Shown: positions 33,972 through 48,216 of the stretch, piece after piece
Layout of the letters: each line of letters starts with the position of its first letter
How positions within the stretch are numbered: position 1 is the stretch's first letter
NCBI GenBank assembly: GCA_964188305.1
Contig: OZ076889.1
Length of the DNA: 64,000 nucleotides
Reading direction: 5' to 3' (one strand)
Origin: Podarcis bocagei
Lineage: Eukaryota
Translations under genes and position numbers: made by a program
The notes under the pieces: model-generated
Database searches by the model: none
What the model was told of the DNA's origin: nothing
What the model saw: only the letters and a program-made list of their open reading frames with translations

Positions 33972-36900
33972 TACTCTGTGTTTCCCCCATTCCCTGTAAT
34001 AGGGAATCTAAATACTGCTATAATCTGTTCCCCTTTTGGCGAAAGTGGATGAAGCTCCAGTATCAGAAGAAAGCCAGGTTGGGTGGGTGGGGACAGTTTC
34101 AAGCAGTAAATTGTGGAGATAGAAGGCAGGGGGTGGGGTGGGTTTGATCTTATATTCCTTGCTCTCATCTCAATGTAGTCTAAAAATACTGCTTGCTAAT
34201 GTAAGCCTACGGCAGAGGCGTAGAGACTGTAGCTATCAAATCGGGATCTGTAACAAAGCACATTTAAATATTGATATAAAAGAGCTGACATCACTTCATG
34301 CTTATATGCTGCTTATATGATTGCTTCTCATAGCAAAACAAGCACAAAGGATTATGAAATGGATCCCAAATGTGGGACACAACCATATTTTTCTCATTGC
34401 TAAACAACTTTTTTCAACCCTCTTCCCAATAGATGCATATGTGTCTAGTTAATACAAAGAATCTACCACAAGCCTCAAAAATCAGGGTTGCATTTATAGC
34501 CAGGATTTCAAATTATTGCCAGAGAGTCGACCTTCTATTGGATCCTTCACACAACCTTTACCCCATACGAATTATACCACAGAGTGACTGGAGAAGAATT
34601 GCCCTCTGAAGGGAGAAAAGTGATTCTGGTGCCACTTGTTGAATGATAAGAGGGCATTTGAATGACTAGTAGTAGTTGATTATGTTCGGGGACTAATTCC
34701 ACCCCCTTCCCCTTAGTCAGAAATTTATTACACCATGTGAATGAACTGAAAAAACTGACCGCATGATCTTTAAAAATGCTTCAATACTTTATACCGTTTA
34801 GTCATGTTTATATAAAATGTCTTCCATAGTGTGACTGGTCCTGCAGCTGTAAATAGCTAGTTAGACTACGCAGCCAAAATACACAGCCTTCTATGGTCTT
34901 CCAAATTGTGGAAATCTGCAGGGTTTTATTCCCCAGGAGACTAGCTCATTCCAAAGCTTTATTATTATTATTTTAAAAAAAATCTTTAATGTTTGCACTC
35001 TTGCTTCATCGTGCCTGGTTCATTCTGGGTGTAATGTGACAGAGTTCAGGGAAACCTACACCATGGTTAAATTTGGTGAACCGCTTTCTGCTAGCATTGG
35101 AATGGAGTGGAATGCTGCTGTCAGCTCTTTGGGTGTCCTTGTACTTCTCTGATTCTTTTAATTATCAATAGCAATATGTTGTCATTGTAAAATTGAATTA
35201 AGCACATATGGATCCGATTAAGTAACAATCATTTTACACTGTTTCCTTCACGATCTGTTCTGTACAAAAAGAATGTTCAAGTGTGTTCTAATTGCTTCCA
35301 TATTGGTAGTCGTTACTATAAACACAAAATAATTCTTTTTCTTATTTCCTTGTACAGTTGCCACCAGCAGCCATCACGATGTATCAGGATCCTAGTCAAT
35401 TCCCTTCACATGCAGTCATTTGTTTACTTTATTACTATTATTACTTCCAAATAGTTAACTAATACAACCAATAGACACCAGCTTGCAGAAAAATAGTTGG
35501 CTCGTTTCACAGGCCTGATCTAATTTTGTGACTTGCATGTAAAATATCTTAATTTCGCCTCTAATTTGGCAGGCACAGGATGAATAGTGTTATTTTAAAA
35601 AGCATTGGGTTGGCCGAACTGGGTGTTTGCTAACATTTTATTGCAAATTGGGACCCCGTCGTGATTTCCTGCCAGTTTATGGAACTGGCAGACCAGAAAG
35701 TTTGTTGGCTTCCTGTGGCAAGCAAAGCAGAACCATCTCAAAAGTGATCTGTGTTATCTGCTTCTCAAAGGTGTGTGAAAAGTGTTCTATTTGCAGCTAA
35801 CATCCATGACAGCAAGGGCTGGGCTTAAGAGAGCAAGGGAGATTAGAACCACTAGTTAGAGGCATGCTGGGCCACCCAGACATGCACCAGGCATTTCTGT
35901 CTCCCAGTGACAACTTCAAGCTTTGGAGGCCCTTAGTCAAGGTGCTATTAGCAGCTGACACCCTCCTGATTTAGCCCACTTGCCACTCTTGCTACTGCTT
36001 ATTTGCCCTCTTCCTCAATCATGTTCGACCTTCCAGGTCAGCCACAGTATGCTTCTGAACAGTGGTTTCTGGGAATGACAAGTAGGGAGAGTGCTGTTTC
36101 ACCCAGGTGTTGCTTGTGTGCTTTCCAAAAGCATGTGGATGACTGCTGTGTCTGCAAGGAGCCAGGCCAGGAAGCTCTGGGTGTCAACAGATTATGCCAA
36201 CTCAACTCTGTCTCTTCCCCACATGGCCAAGACAGGGCAGCATCATTGCAAACATTGGCTTCTCTCACAAACCTCAGACAATGTTACTTCAGGTACTGTT
36301 GGTGGGTTTATGTGTGATGTTGGCAATTTGATAAATTCATCTATACATAAAACTGCTATTGTGAACTGGTTGTTATCCTGAAATTTGAACCTGAGTTCAT
36401 TTCCTCTTCCTTCCCAATCCATTTTCTTTTTGTGTTGCGTCTTTTTAGATTGTAAACCTGAGGGCAGGAAATCTCCCTCCTCCCCCACCCTCTTTTCTGA
36501 TGATAAACTACTGCAGGACTTGTTTTTATAAATAATTAGCTTTTATCTATTATGGACTGAACTACCAACATGGCTCCCAAAATATTTTAGATAGTAACAA
36601 ATAAGGGATTAGAATTGCACTGCTCCTGCTTGAACATAATGTGTGCTGTTACTGCAGTTAAAAACATAATGCCTAGAAGTGGAGCAATCTGGGTTGCATT
36701 CAGACTTCAGGTTTAGTGCATTTTATTGGCTATAATGCTGGTGCTTCTGTCCCAGTTTCTAACCTTCCTTTTACACTCCATTATGGAGCAGTGGCTTTTT
36801 GATAGCTATAGCACCATGTTGCTCTGAATTTTAAATGGTATGGAAGAACTGTATGCTGGGATACTGTCCAAATTTTTGTCACATGAAATTGCAATGTAAA

Positions 36901-37501
36901 ACTCCTGCAATTTTCTTAGTTAATGGGGTTGCAAATGGATTGTGATTTTTTTTAAGCAACACAGAAATGAGCACCAAACTTCTGCTGGATTTCCAGAAGT
37001 TGTTTTTGTGTTGCATTAAAAAAAATGCCTTAAATGCAGAAATTAACAGATCAAGAAATTTCGAGAACGTAGAATAAAGTGCCATCTGAAGGCAGCCCTG
37101 ATGTTTTCTTCCCCAGCATTCCAGGGAGCCAGTGATGGTTGGGGTATCCTTGGGGTAATCCTCATTTGTATTAGTGTACATTCATATTAGGCAGGACCTT
37201 TGCACCACCACTAGGACTTTTATTCTCAATACTGGGTCACATGAACCACTTGTGTGTGAAGAAGTTGGAATATTGGTGGCCAGCTGATAGGGGAAGTGGT
37301 TTAACTTCTGACAAGAGAGAACATAGAGTTAGATAGAATTAGGTAGATTGCCTTTATGACCTTTACCCCTTCTCTCTCATTAAATCTCTTTAAGCTGTAC
37401 AATATTGCCTAGGATTGAGATGTGTGACCAGTAGGAGGATTGGTAAAGCAGAGGCATTATTAAATACTTAGGAATTCTGAGGTTGCTGCCATTCTGTAAA
37501 C

Positions 37502-37756
37502 CAGGAGTCAGCAAACTCTTTCAGCAGGGGGCCAGTCCACTGTCCTTCAGACCTTGTGGGGGGCCGGACTATATTTTGAAAAAAGTAAATGAATGAACGA
37601 ATTCCTATGCCCCACAAATAACCCAGAGATGCATTTTCAATAAAAGCACACATTCTACTCATATAAAAACATACTGACTTCCAGACTGTCCGCGGGCTGG
37701 ATTTAGAAGGCGATTGGGCCAGATCTGGTCCCCGGGCCTTAGTTTGCCTACCCATG
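37502..37756. mobile_element. hAT-type non-autonomous DNA transposon, copy 2
   Basis: Same family as 27610; perfect 8-bp TSD ctgtaaac at 37494-37501 and 37757-37764. Confidence 0.9.
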
Positions 37757-39301
37757 CTGTAAACCGAGGCCCTATGAATTCAACTTGTGCTTTCTCAATG
37801 CAATTTTCAAACTGAGAACCAAGCTAGATACAGTATCTTGATATCTGAGCTGTGGAAGCAGGCAGGGCTGATTTGGATGAAGGCTGCAGTGTGAATCCCC
37901 ATCCTCATCCCCATCTGCCATTTGCTCCAGGGGGCAATTTCCAGGGGTGGAGGGTTAATTCAGACAGGAAAAATTGGGTGGAAAGGCTAGAAAATCCCTT
38001 TATGCTATGGCCCTGTTCTGAATCAAACTTGCCCCCATTCCACCCACAGTTGCATTTACCATGCTTAAAAATGCAGAAGATTAAATAATGGGTCTCCAGA
38101 CATCATACGTGATTTGTTCCTAAAAAGCTTCACCTGTTGATTGTCATACATCTGTTAGAGGCTCATAGCTGGAATGCTGGATTAAAGGATCAGGTTAAGA
38201 CAACTGCATTGGCTTATTGAATTATGTATCACAAAGCAAGTAATTGAAACAGGGTGTTTGAACAGATCTTACAAAACTGAAACAACATAAGGACTTTAAA
38301 AAAAATCTTCTAATGAACAACAGCTAGATCTACTATCTGGTTTGAATGTACTTACAAGATTATTGTTATATATTCCTTTTTAAACAAAAGCAAAGCTGGT
38401 GATCAAGTTGATGGAGGGGTAGAATACAATGTTATAGAATCGTAAATAATAACAAAAGCATGGAGAGGAATCATGAATCCCTGAATCTGTCTGAGGAACT
38501 TCTGAATAAGACTAAAATCTCCCACAGATAAGGGTTTAAATCCTACGGGCATTTATACATTTTAAAGTCCTATTGACATCAAGGGGCCTTAAGCATCTTT
38601 GCAAGACCTACCCTACCCTATAAGGCTTACAGGGTTGTTGTAAGAACTGCCACTACATAACACACATAAAAGGTCTTAAACACTTGAAAGTGCTATACAG
38701 ATGCCAAATAACATCAATAATAGTTGTTTTTCTTATTCTACAAATCCTGCTACTGAAAATAGTTTATTGTTGAACCTAATTTCATACTTTATGCAACCCC
38801 CAACTGAGATTTGAATGTTATTCTAATATTTCACAGAATTCTACGGTAAGAGAAAATAATTTATCCGTGAAACCCAAATGTGCTTTTAACACATTTGAAA
38901 CCTTACTACATTTACAGGCAAAGAGTCTCACATTTCATTCTGCAAGAGCTGTCCTCCCTCAGAGCTGTCTTCAGGCTTTTGTGGGGCCTACACAGACACC
39001 TGACCCTCTCTTCCTATGGACCCCCTCATGTATTGGGGCTTCAGTGCTGGGCTAACAGGCCTGGGGGTAGGGGTGACCCAAGACATTTTTTGTCTGTGTT
39101 GAAGGACAAAAGTAATTCCCTGTTCCAGATACTTACAGAAGATAACTGAACTGACAGTTAACTTTTACTTCAATGCCCCAGCTGAGGGCAGCAGGTTAAC
39201 TTAGCAGGTTGCATGACACATACAGCTTTGTCTTCTAGCATCTGACAACTGTCAGCTCACTACTCTGCCTAATGCTCATCTGCTGCCTGCCCAAGGAAAT
39301 A

Positions 39302-39559
39302 CAGTCATACCTCGGGTTGAATGTGCTTCAGGTTTAGCGCTTCTGGGTTGCGCTCTGCGGCAACCCGGAAGTAACAGAGTGCATTACTTTTGGGTTGCGC
39401 CGCATGCGCAGACGCTAAAAATGACGTCATGCACATGCGCGGAAGCAGCAAAACACGACCCACCCACCCACCCACAGATGTGCCGTTGCGTCTTACGTTC
39501 TATTCAGGATGCGAACAGGGCTCTGGAACGGATCCCGTTCGCATCCCAAGGTACCACTG
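39302..39559. mobile_element. Tc1/mariner-type MITE, family B
   Basis: TA-CAGTCATACCTCGGG...CCCAAGGTACCACTG-TA. TIRs are related to family A, but the interior is different, CpG-rich and palindromic (gcatgcgca...atgacgtcat...catgcgc). Confidence 0.8.
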
Positions 39560-42500
39560 TACTGTAATGCAGGAGAATTATTGCCATTTTACACCATGTG
39601 ACCACAGCGGTGCATGCACCCACATGGTGTCTGGCAGAACTGCATGGCCTGGGCTGCCTGCCTTTTTGCATGCTTGCTGAGTAAAAGGCCTTTCAAAATA
39701 GTCTTGTCTATAACGTTGGGAGAAGGCAGCAAGGCAAGACAGCCAGCTAGGCCAGGCTAGCAAAGACCAAATTTTGCTAGTACCAGCCAAGGAAGATAGG
39801 AGTGGCTGCTTAGGCCCTCCTTGGGAATGGCTGGGAGGCAGATGCTCTTGTCACCCAGCATTTGCTGGAATTGAGTTTGTTGGTGTCTCTGGTAACTTCT
39901 CTCTCTTACATCATGGATGTTGGCAAATTGGATTTTAAAAGGCAAAATAATATTAGAATTGGAGCTGTCAGAGTGGCACAAGGGAACCTGTGTTTTAATG
40001 CTCAGGAACTTGGCAAAGGCTTTGCAGATTTTTATATTATGGATGTAAGTTTTGTATTCTTTTATTAATACTATTGCTTAATACAAGTTTGTCATGGCCT
40101 TTGGCTAGAACAAAAAGCTCATGAACTTGAACTGACAACCACAGAGATGTAATGCCTCTTCCAAAATCTAAATCAGAGTGTTGGACTGTTTTTCTTTTAA
40201 CCCCATAAAGAAAATTAGGTTCTGTGAAACAGTACATTGCCATGGAAAGAAATGCATTTGTATATTTAGAAAAAGTAACATAGTCTCTTGCCTGTTTTAT
40301 TGCTGGGCAGAACTGGGTGGAGTTCAGAGTGATGTTGTTAAAAACCTTCCAAATTACGATTGTAAACAGAATGTAGCATCTACTTGGCATAACCCAGAAA
40401 AATACAGTGCTGTCTTCTCTGCACATATTGATCCTGCTTCAATACCTCTAGTCAGATATTCACAATTGCATCCAGTTTTTCAGTGTTAAAAAAAGTGAGC
40501 GAGGAGAACCCTGTAAGCCCCATCTATTTCAGTGGTGTGCGCACAGCCTCAGCTGGTACATTGGGCTAGAACACAGGTAAACATAGTGCCCATTGATGTT
40601 GTTTGGACTCCAACATCCATCAACCCCCAACCACTATGGGTAATGGTCTGGGATGGTGGGAGTTTGAGGCCATCCCAGACTACTGCCATTGAAGTCTGCT
40701 TTCATGGAAACATAGCACTAGCTTGATAGGGTATTTATTCATATTCAAGACTTTCAAGCAGTGTGTTGTTGCCTTGCATGCTCTCATAATCAAATATATG
40801 TATATACCCTGCCTGTTTCCATGTAAGTGACTCAGGGCGGCTGACAGATACAAATAAGAATAATAAGAATCCACGAATGTCACCAACAATCAGTAGCATT
40901 GGGAAATGCTGTGTCTAATGCACAGAAATTCTAAGTTTCACTTCCTTGTGCGAAATCACCCAACTTTGTGGTACTTTTGATTAACTGGAGAGGATAGGAT
41001 TGTATTCTTTCAGAGAAATATAGAAGTCTTCATAGCTTTGCATTAATTAGCCACAAGAGGGAGATATGGGCATGGCCTATGGAAAGTTTACAGTTGATTA
41101 GGCTATCTTCTGATTTTATTATTTATATGCTGTTGCTTTCTTTAAAAAAAAGAAAACCGATGGTGAAATATAATGGCCTTGGTTCAAGAAGCACAAAGGC
41201 ATTTGCATACTTTGAGTATTTATTATTTGGATGATGCATTCACCTTTGGCTGTTTAAAACTTTGCTTGTCCAAAGAGAAGGCAACCCAATATAATAATGC
41301 GAAACATAGGTCATGATCTAGCAAGGAAAAGTCCATTTGGATAAACCGACTTCCAGGCACAGACTTCTCCTCCTGCATGTAGTTGCTGTTGCTGAGGATG
41401 GTGTTAAAAACCCTTACATCTACCCCACCCCAGGTTGCATACATGTATATGGTTATTCCCTTTTCCTCTGTGAATAACCAAGGTAAACTGGTTTCTGTAA
41501 CTGCAAAGGTTATAGACCAGGGCAGCTGCTTCTTGACACAAAATTAGTCAGTTTCAGCACCATATCAAAATAGTAAGTTATACTAACACAGGAATGTATC
41601 ATAAAGCATATTCAGAAAGAAGAATAGTTTTATGAGAAGTTAGTGGATGACCAATTACAGCATTTGGGAAAGAAGATATAAACTGCAGCAAACAACTGCA
41701 TGTGCTCTTAAGTCACTGATGTTAAGGTTTAGCAAAATGGCAGATGAAATTTTATTTTTAAAAAAGACAGTAGACTTGTTTCCAGTTTTTAATGCTTTCT
41801 TGTAAAATTGAAAATATAAAACCAGCTCAGCATAGTGAAAACTTTTATGTACATGAGGTCTGTGACTTTTAAAGAAGTCCTTTTATAGTCAAGAAAACAT
41901 CAGATGAATTAACTGTGATTAAAGAGACCAGGATTCTTAAATTGAAAACATATTTTTCAAAAAAAAAATCTTTACAAGCATATTATATAATTTAGATTTA
42001 TATTTTACTAAAAGAACTTACACAACAAGCAGTTTCGGATGCTCTCCCTTCTCCCTTAAGAGAATCAATTTCAAAGTGCCACAGCAAAGGAATAGAATCC
42101 AATAATTGTACAGTATATTCCTTTATAAAATAGATTGGTAAAATGTGAGAGGTTGACTTAAATGAGCACATACATTTAGTTGCAGACTAAATACAGTTAA
42201 GGTAGCTGAACAACAATTCTGTAAATACAAAAGGCATAAGCATGGTAAAGAAAACAAATATTTTAGCCGGGCTTAGGTATCCGTATAGATGGGAGGAATG
42301 TGATTCAAACAGTGATCAAAAGTGCCATTTTGGAAAAATCCATTATTTTCTTCTGTTCCGTTGATAACTACTTCTTCCGACACACATTGTGCTTCAGAAA
42401 TGACCTCATAGCCTGAAAATATGGCAAGCACATGAGACTGATTAATACTATGAAAGGTGGCAAATACAATCTGAGTACGAGGTGCAAACTAAATGTGATG

Positions 42501-42736
42501 CTCAGTTCTAAGATTAATGTTTTTTTAAAATCCAAAGTAGCAGGTAGGCTTGAGAATGGAAAGAGAGGAGCTGCTCAAGCACATTCCCTTCCTACACTTG
42601 TTCTCTCAAAACCTCCGGTTTGTGCCTGCAAAGAAAAATATATGCAATTGAACTCATAGCTTAAGTCATAACTCCACAGCTTCTGATACATGTTATTGTT
42701 GCGCAGCAGCTGTTTGTGCTTTCTTCACTCAATACC

Positions 42737-42904
42737 GTAGGAGCCAACTCCCAGGGGCTGAGGACCCTTTGTCCCCCCCTACAATATTTGAGGCCCCCCA
42801 AAGGGGCACTGCTGTTTTAATGGTGTGTGCGCGTCAGGTCTTGTGTTCAATTATGTGGGCTTACCTGCCCCCCCCCCCAATTTTTATTCAAGTTGACACT
42901 CCTG
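42737..42904. mobile_element. Probable hAT-type MITE
   Basis: Imperfect inverted termini taggagccaact / agttgacactcctg; it lies next to the family A MITE. Confidence 0.45.
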
Positions 42905-42916
42905 GCCAATACAGTA

Positions 42917-43125
42917 CAGTGGTACCTCGGGTTAAGTACTTAATTCATTCTGGAGGTCCGTTCTTAACCTGAAGCACCACTTTAGCTAATGGGGCCTCCT
43001 GCTGCTGCCGCGCCGCCGGAGCACGATTTCTGTTCTAATTCTAAAGCAAAGTTCTTAACCCGAGGTAATATTTCTGGGTTAGCGGAGTCTGTAACCTGAA
43101 GCGTATGTAACCCGAGGTACCACTG
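42917..43125. mobile_element. Tc1/mariner-type MITE, family A copy 4 (17-bp internal deletion)
   Basis: TA-CAGTGGTACCTCGGGTTA...TAACCCGAGGTACCACTG-TA, perfect TIRs. Confidence 0.9.
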
Positions 43126-45552
43126 TATTCACAAATTGTCATTAAAACTTTCAGTAACCGTGATCTTCTTTGAAGTTACAGCATAAAATTCCTTTGCATG
43201 ACTTTGTCAGTGATTTCCAATTAAGACTTGGAAGCCTTACTGGTAAGACTTGGAAGCCTTACTGCTGGACACAATGTGGGGAGTGACTGTTTATTTATCC
43301 TGGGTCAGGGGATACACAAAATATGTTTCTAAAATGAAATTATAGTGGCTGGATCTTTGGCTGTTGTATGAATGGAGGACTTTGTTGTTTAAGTTTTAAA
43401 AATATGACTTAGAGATATGTGGATATAGTTTGTGCAACACCCTGGCAAAAGATAATTAACAACCACACAAAGCTCACCTTTGCAGCTACTTGTATAGCTA
43501 TGCAGGCAAGTCACTTTTAAGTTTAAAACCAGCCAGCCACGTGAGCAGCTGCAGCAGAAACTTAAAAAACAATTCTGTTTGCAATTGCAATTTTTCGTTG
43601 TGCATTTTATAGCTTCACAGCGCTGCAGCCTTAGAGATGCTGCTTATCAACTATAAAACATTTTTGGAGAACAAGTATCTGTTCCTTGTTATCATTTAAA
43701 TTCCTGTTAGTAAGAGACCCAACTCTTAACAGCACTCTTCATCCTTTTTCACCTGTGGAAACCAAATGCAGTTGGCTGATGAAAATGTGGCTGGGAAGGG
43801 GAAAGGGGTGAACAGCTATGTTAAAGAGTGCTGCAGAAGGGTTAATACTCTCAAAACTATCAACTTTTAATCTTCTGGCTCCAATACCACTGTTTAGAAC
43901 TGACAAAATTTCAGAGTTATCACACTTTCTTCTAAATTGTTATGCTAACCGGAGCTCAAAGGGAAAGTTGTAGGAATGGGGGGCAGCGGGAAGGAAGGTA
44001 CTTGACTGACAATGAAGATAGAGATTGAGAAAGTATGAAGACCTGGAACTTATCTCCCTTTCCCACAATGTCCAATTCATTCTCCAGTTTCAGGATTTTT
44101 TGAGAGCCTCATGCTCAAAAGAGTGTATAAGCAAACAACCAGGTTGTGTATACACCTATACCTTTAAAACACATTCTTTTGCTCAAATGATTCTGGGCAC
44201 TGGGCTACAATTCCCAGCAACCCTTAACAAACTACAGCACCCAAAATTCATAGATGGAAATAACATAATTTAAAGATATAGTGTGTACATAGCCCCAGAA
44301 AACGGTAAGTGGGACCCATTGCACAAGGAACTTGTTTATCCTTTGTGCTACAGCTCAGTCTACAACACTCTGCTGAAATAAATTTGGAACCGAATCCCAT
44401 ATACTCCTCTCTTGGTCTGTGTGGCAGCTTCTTCCATTCAAATGATCAATAGAATCTGAATAAACATGGAACTCGGATCTGCTCTGGGTTGCATTCTTGA
44501 ATTTATTTTATTGCAGCTCTTGGTACATAATTATTTTATTATTTCTATATAACACTATCAATGTGCATGGAACTTTGCAGATTGGCATAAGTGACAAAAT
44601 AAAACATCACCACCACCCAGTCAACCCAGGAGTTTACAATCCAAATTTCAACAGTGGGAAAACAGCAAAGGAAGGTTGGCAAGAAAGGATAACAAGGATA
44701 AATGATAGCAAATGCACCTATGTGCACTTATTAGGTTCTGTTTCACCCACAATGAATGGACAGTAGTAAGCCATGACAACCCAGATGCCATTGTAGCAAC
44801 CCAGATAGCACAAAACATCCAAAATACTAAGATAAAGAATTTATTCTCTGTTAATAGGATTTTCTGTCGGTCATACCAGGCATTTTTAGTAGATGAGATC
44901 TCCCTTATATTGATGGTACCATAAAACCAAGAAAAAGAAAGACTAAACTAAGACCCAGTGAGTACAAATGGTCTATTTGGCAAACAAATTATCTATGAAT
45001 TGCAGGGTTGTTTGTTTTTGTGTTTAAGACTCTTAAGTATTTGCCTAAATAGAAAAAGTACCAAAGTGAAATATCTCATAGCAGTTTGGGCGCCAGACAT
45101 AAAAATATCAATGGCTGTTGAATTTGGTTTCTTGCCATGATATTATTTTTTGCTCCGATGACTTCTTTTGAAAAGTTTATTTAGTCTGCTCTATACTAAT
45201 CCTAATATGCAATCTGATGTTAACCTGAATAGAGGATGTTTTAAAAAACATCAAAAAAGCAACTTCCAAAAAGGCAGAGAACATGAAACAACATATAAAA
45301 ATGTCAACTGTAGGTTAAAAAATCCATCCTTAACTTTTTGCTAGATTTTAACTTGTGCTAGTTGGAACAAGGTAACTGCATTTGATGATAAACCAGTCTG
45401 AATCTGAGGCAAATTACCTTCTGTGAAATGACTGTTTTGCTTATATTATATGTAATATATGTAAGATTAGCTTCCATATTTTAGGACTGAAAAATGGCCT
45501 CAATACAACACATTTTTTAAAAAAAGGGATTCGGGGATGGGGGTGGCAGTTC

Positions 45553-46700
45553 TGGAATTTACAGGTGGGTTAACTTAACGTCTGTCCCAGAAAAATGATG
45601 GGAAGTATTGTTAAAGATAATATTACAAACCATATACTGTAGAAGAACAAGCCTTGCTGTAGCAGAATCAGGATGACTTATGCAAGGGTAAGGTCTATTT
45701 CATTACCCTACTGGAATTCTTTGAGAGTGTCAACAAGCCTATAAATAGAGGTCATCTGGTTAACATAATGTATTTGGATTTTCCAAAAGCTTTCAGCAAA
45801 GTACCTTTCCAAAGACTCTAGGGACTGGTTACATAACAGGAAGCAGAGAGTAGGAATAAATGGACAGTTCTCCAGATAGAGTGATGTAGAAAGAGGAATC
45901 CCCCAAGGATTGTGCTTTTGAACTTGTTCAGAAATGATCTAGAGTAGGGGTGAGCAGTGAGGCAGCCAAGTCTACTAATGATACTAAATTGTTCAGGGCC
46001 ATTAAAACAAAAAGGGATTGTGTAAAGCTTCAAAACAACCTCTCCAAGTGGAGTGAATGGGGCATTAAAATGGCAAATGAAATTCATTATTACAAGTGTA
46101 AAGCAAAGCATGTTAGGACAAAAAAATCAATAATTTTGCATATGCATTCATGGAGTCTGAACTCACAATGCCTGACCAGGAATGAGACCTTGGAGTCATA
46201 GGGAATAACTCAATGAACCTATCAACCCAGGGTTCCATTAGCTTAGAAGAAGGCAAATTCCATGTTGGGATCATTAGGAAAGTAGTTCAAAATAAAACTG
46301 CCAATATCATAATGACCGCTCCACGCTTAAAACGGGGGGCGCCCTTTGCATGGACGCGCGCAGCCCCTAGATCTGGAGCGGCTCCAACAGCATAGGCTTG
46401 GTTTGCCTTCCCTCAGGTGAGATACCTGGAGGTCTCCGCCTACCTCAGTCAGTTGTCCAATCCCACCTGGGGGAAGCGTTGCCAAGGAGACCAGGCCAGG
46501 TAGGGGAGGGATTACCTGCCCACACAATAGAGGGAGGATCTTACCTGGGAATCCTCACTTGGATTCCCAAATGCAGTTGCACAACAGATTATATGAATCT
46601 GTTGTGCAACTGCATTTGGAATACAGTGAACAGTTTTGGTCGCCTCATTTCAAAAGGGATACTGTAGAGTTGGAAAAGTTTCAGAAAAGGGCAAGCAAAT
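45553..46700 (+). mobile_element. Old CR1 LINE reverse-transcriptase fragment, degraded and interrupted by an insertion at ~46316-46590
   Basis: Degenerate RT motifs: NYRPVSLTSVPGK-like at ~45555, YLDFxKAF (tatttggattttccaaaagctttc) at ~45771, (A)DDTKLF (aatgatactaaattgttc) at ~45977, and HLEYCVQFWSPH-like at ~46612. Many frameshifts. Confidence 0.8.
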
Positions 46701-47952
46701 GAAGAGAATCTTGGGGGGGGGGGAGACATTTAAGCATGCCAGCAGGAGTTTGCTAAAGTTATGTATATTTTACAGCTTTGTTTTTACATCTTGGTTATTT
46801 ATTTATTTTTTTAAAAATTGCATTAAACATTATTGGCTGGCACCTCAAAGACTGCATGTGTATAAGCAATTTGAAATTATAAAAATAACCTTTTAAAGAG
46901 CCAATAGGAATTTAATACCTTTTTCTAATATTTGGGTAACATTTTATAAACTCAAAATTTCCACAACCATGCTACAATTTTGTGAACTTAAATACAGAAA
47001 TAAAAACAGTTGTCTCAGTATTAAAGGATATGGTAAATCTGCAAATATTTTGTATATCCATGAAACAGAAACCTTTAGCTGCAATGTTAGCTGATCAAGC
47101 TGAAGAACTAGATCTAATGTAGGCATTGTATGAAACATGTAGTCACTGCCAACCGACAATTCTTCTGCATGCCTTCAAGTAATGTTTAACTGAAACAGGC
47201 ATGTGATGTTAATACAGTGTTGTCGTGCCATGTGTCTGATTCAACTAGATAATACTGGGAGACATGTGGATGGATAAGAGCCACACATTTCCTGCAACAC
47301 CTGACTCAGAGACTGAATTCTAGCTGTGCAGCTTCAGATAATTCAGTCTCTGAAAGAAGAGAATTAGGGGACCTTAACACATGCAAAAAAGCAGCACCTC
47401 ACTTTCCTTATTTATAAAATATAAAAAAGATGTTTGCTTTCCCCCTATAAAAAGTATTGAGCAAAATTAATCCAGTACAGCCCAGATCAGTTACCTGTTG
47501 AAGCTATAGGTGCACTGAGGATGTGATAGCCATTTTGTCGCAGAGGGTTAAAGCAATGGGAGTCTCCTGACAGTGCATCACTGTTGACAGATGAGTCCAT
47601 TGCTCGGTAACAGTCCTCATAGTGGAAACAGTTCTGTATAGAATGAAAGCTGCCTTGATAACCTGCAAATAGATATTGTACAGACATTTTTAGTACTTGA
47701 AATATGCATTTGGTTTTATTTATGAAATTTTGTTTCATGGCGGTACTGTCTATTGTAGTTTGACATCAATCTTTAAACTTTTAATTTTAGCGATATTGTG
47801 GAGTTTATTTTCTAGGCTTGTTGTCAGAGCAGAGAGACAGTCCTAACGCTTGCTCCTGCACACTCCTAGAACAGATTTATTGGCGGGGGGGGGGGAGTTC
47901 TGTTGTGCAACTAGAGGTCTTGCAGGGTAACTTCAGTGGATTAATAGTAATA

Positions 47953-48216
47953 TAGTGGTACCTCGCAAGACGAATGCCTCGCAAGACAAAAAACTCGCAA
48001 GACGAAAGAGTTTTTCGTTTTTTGAGTTGCTTCGCAAGACGAATTTCCCTATGGGCTTGCTTCGCAAGATGAAAACGTCTTGCGAGTTTGTTTCCTTTTT
48101 CTTAAAACCGTTAATACCCAGGGTGCATTGCTTGAAGAGGTGCTTCGTAAGATGAAAAATTCGCAAGATGAAAAAACTCGCAGAACGAATTAATTTCGTC
48201 TTGCGAGGCACCACTG
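47953..48216. mobile_element. Tc1/mariner (Tigger-like) MITE, family C, with internal CGCAAGACGAA repeats
   Basis: TA-TAGTGGTACCTCGCAAGACGAAT...TTCGTCTTGCGAGGCACCACTG-TA, with multiple internal subterminal repeats. Confidence 0.85.

Noticed and set aside
43223-43264. Tandem duplication of aagacttggaagccttactg (similar short duplications at ~16204-16242 and ~22278-22297)
   Set aside because: Ordinary local slippage duplications with no sign of function.
46330-46400. Superficial resemblance to an HDV/CPEB3-like ribozyme (GGGGGC...GCAGCCCC)
   Set aside because: I could not build P3/L3 and P1.1, and the P2 pairing is poor.
47953-48216. Repeated CGCAAGACGAA units resembling a repeat-spacer (CRISPR-like) array
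   Set aside because: Eukaryotic DNA, irregular spacing, enclosed by TIRs and a TA duplication: these are MITE subterminal repeats.
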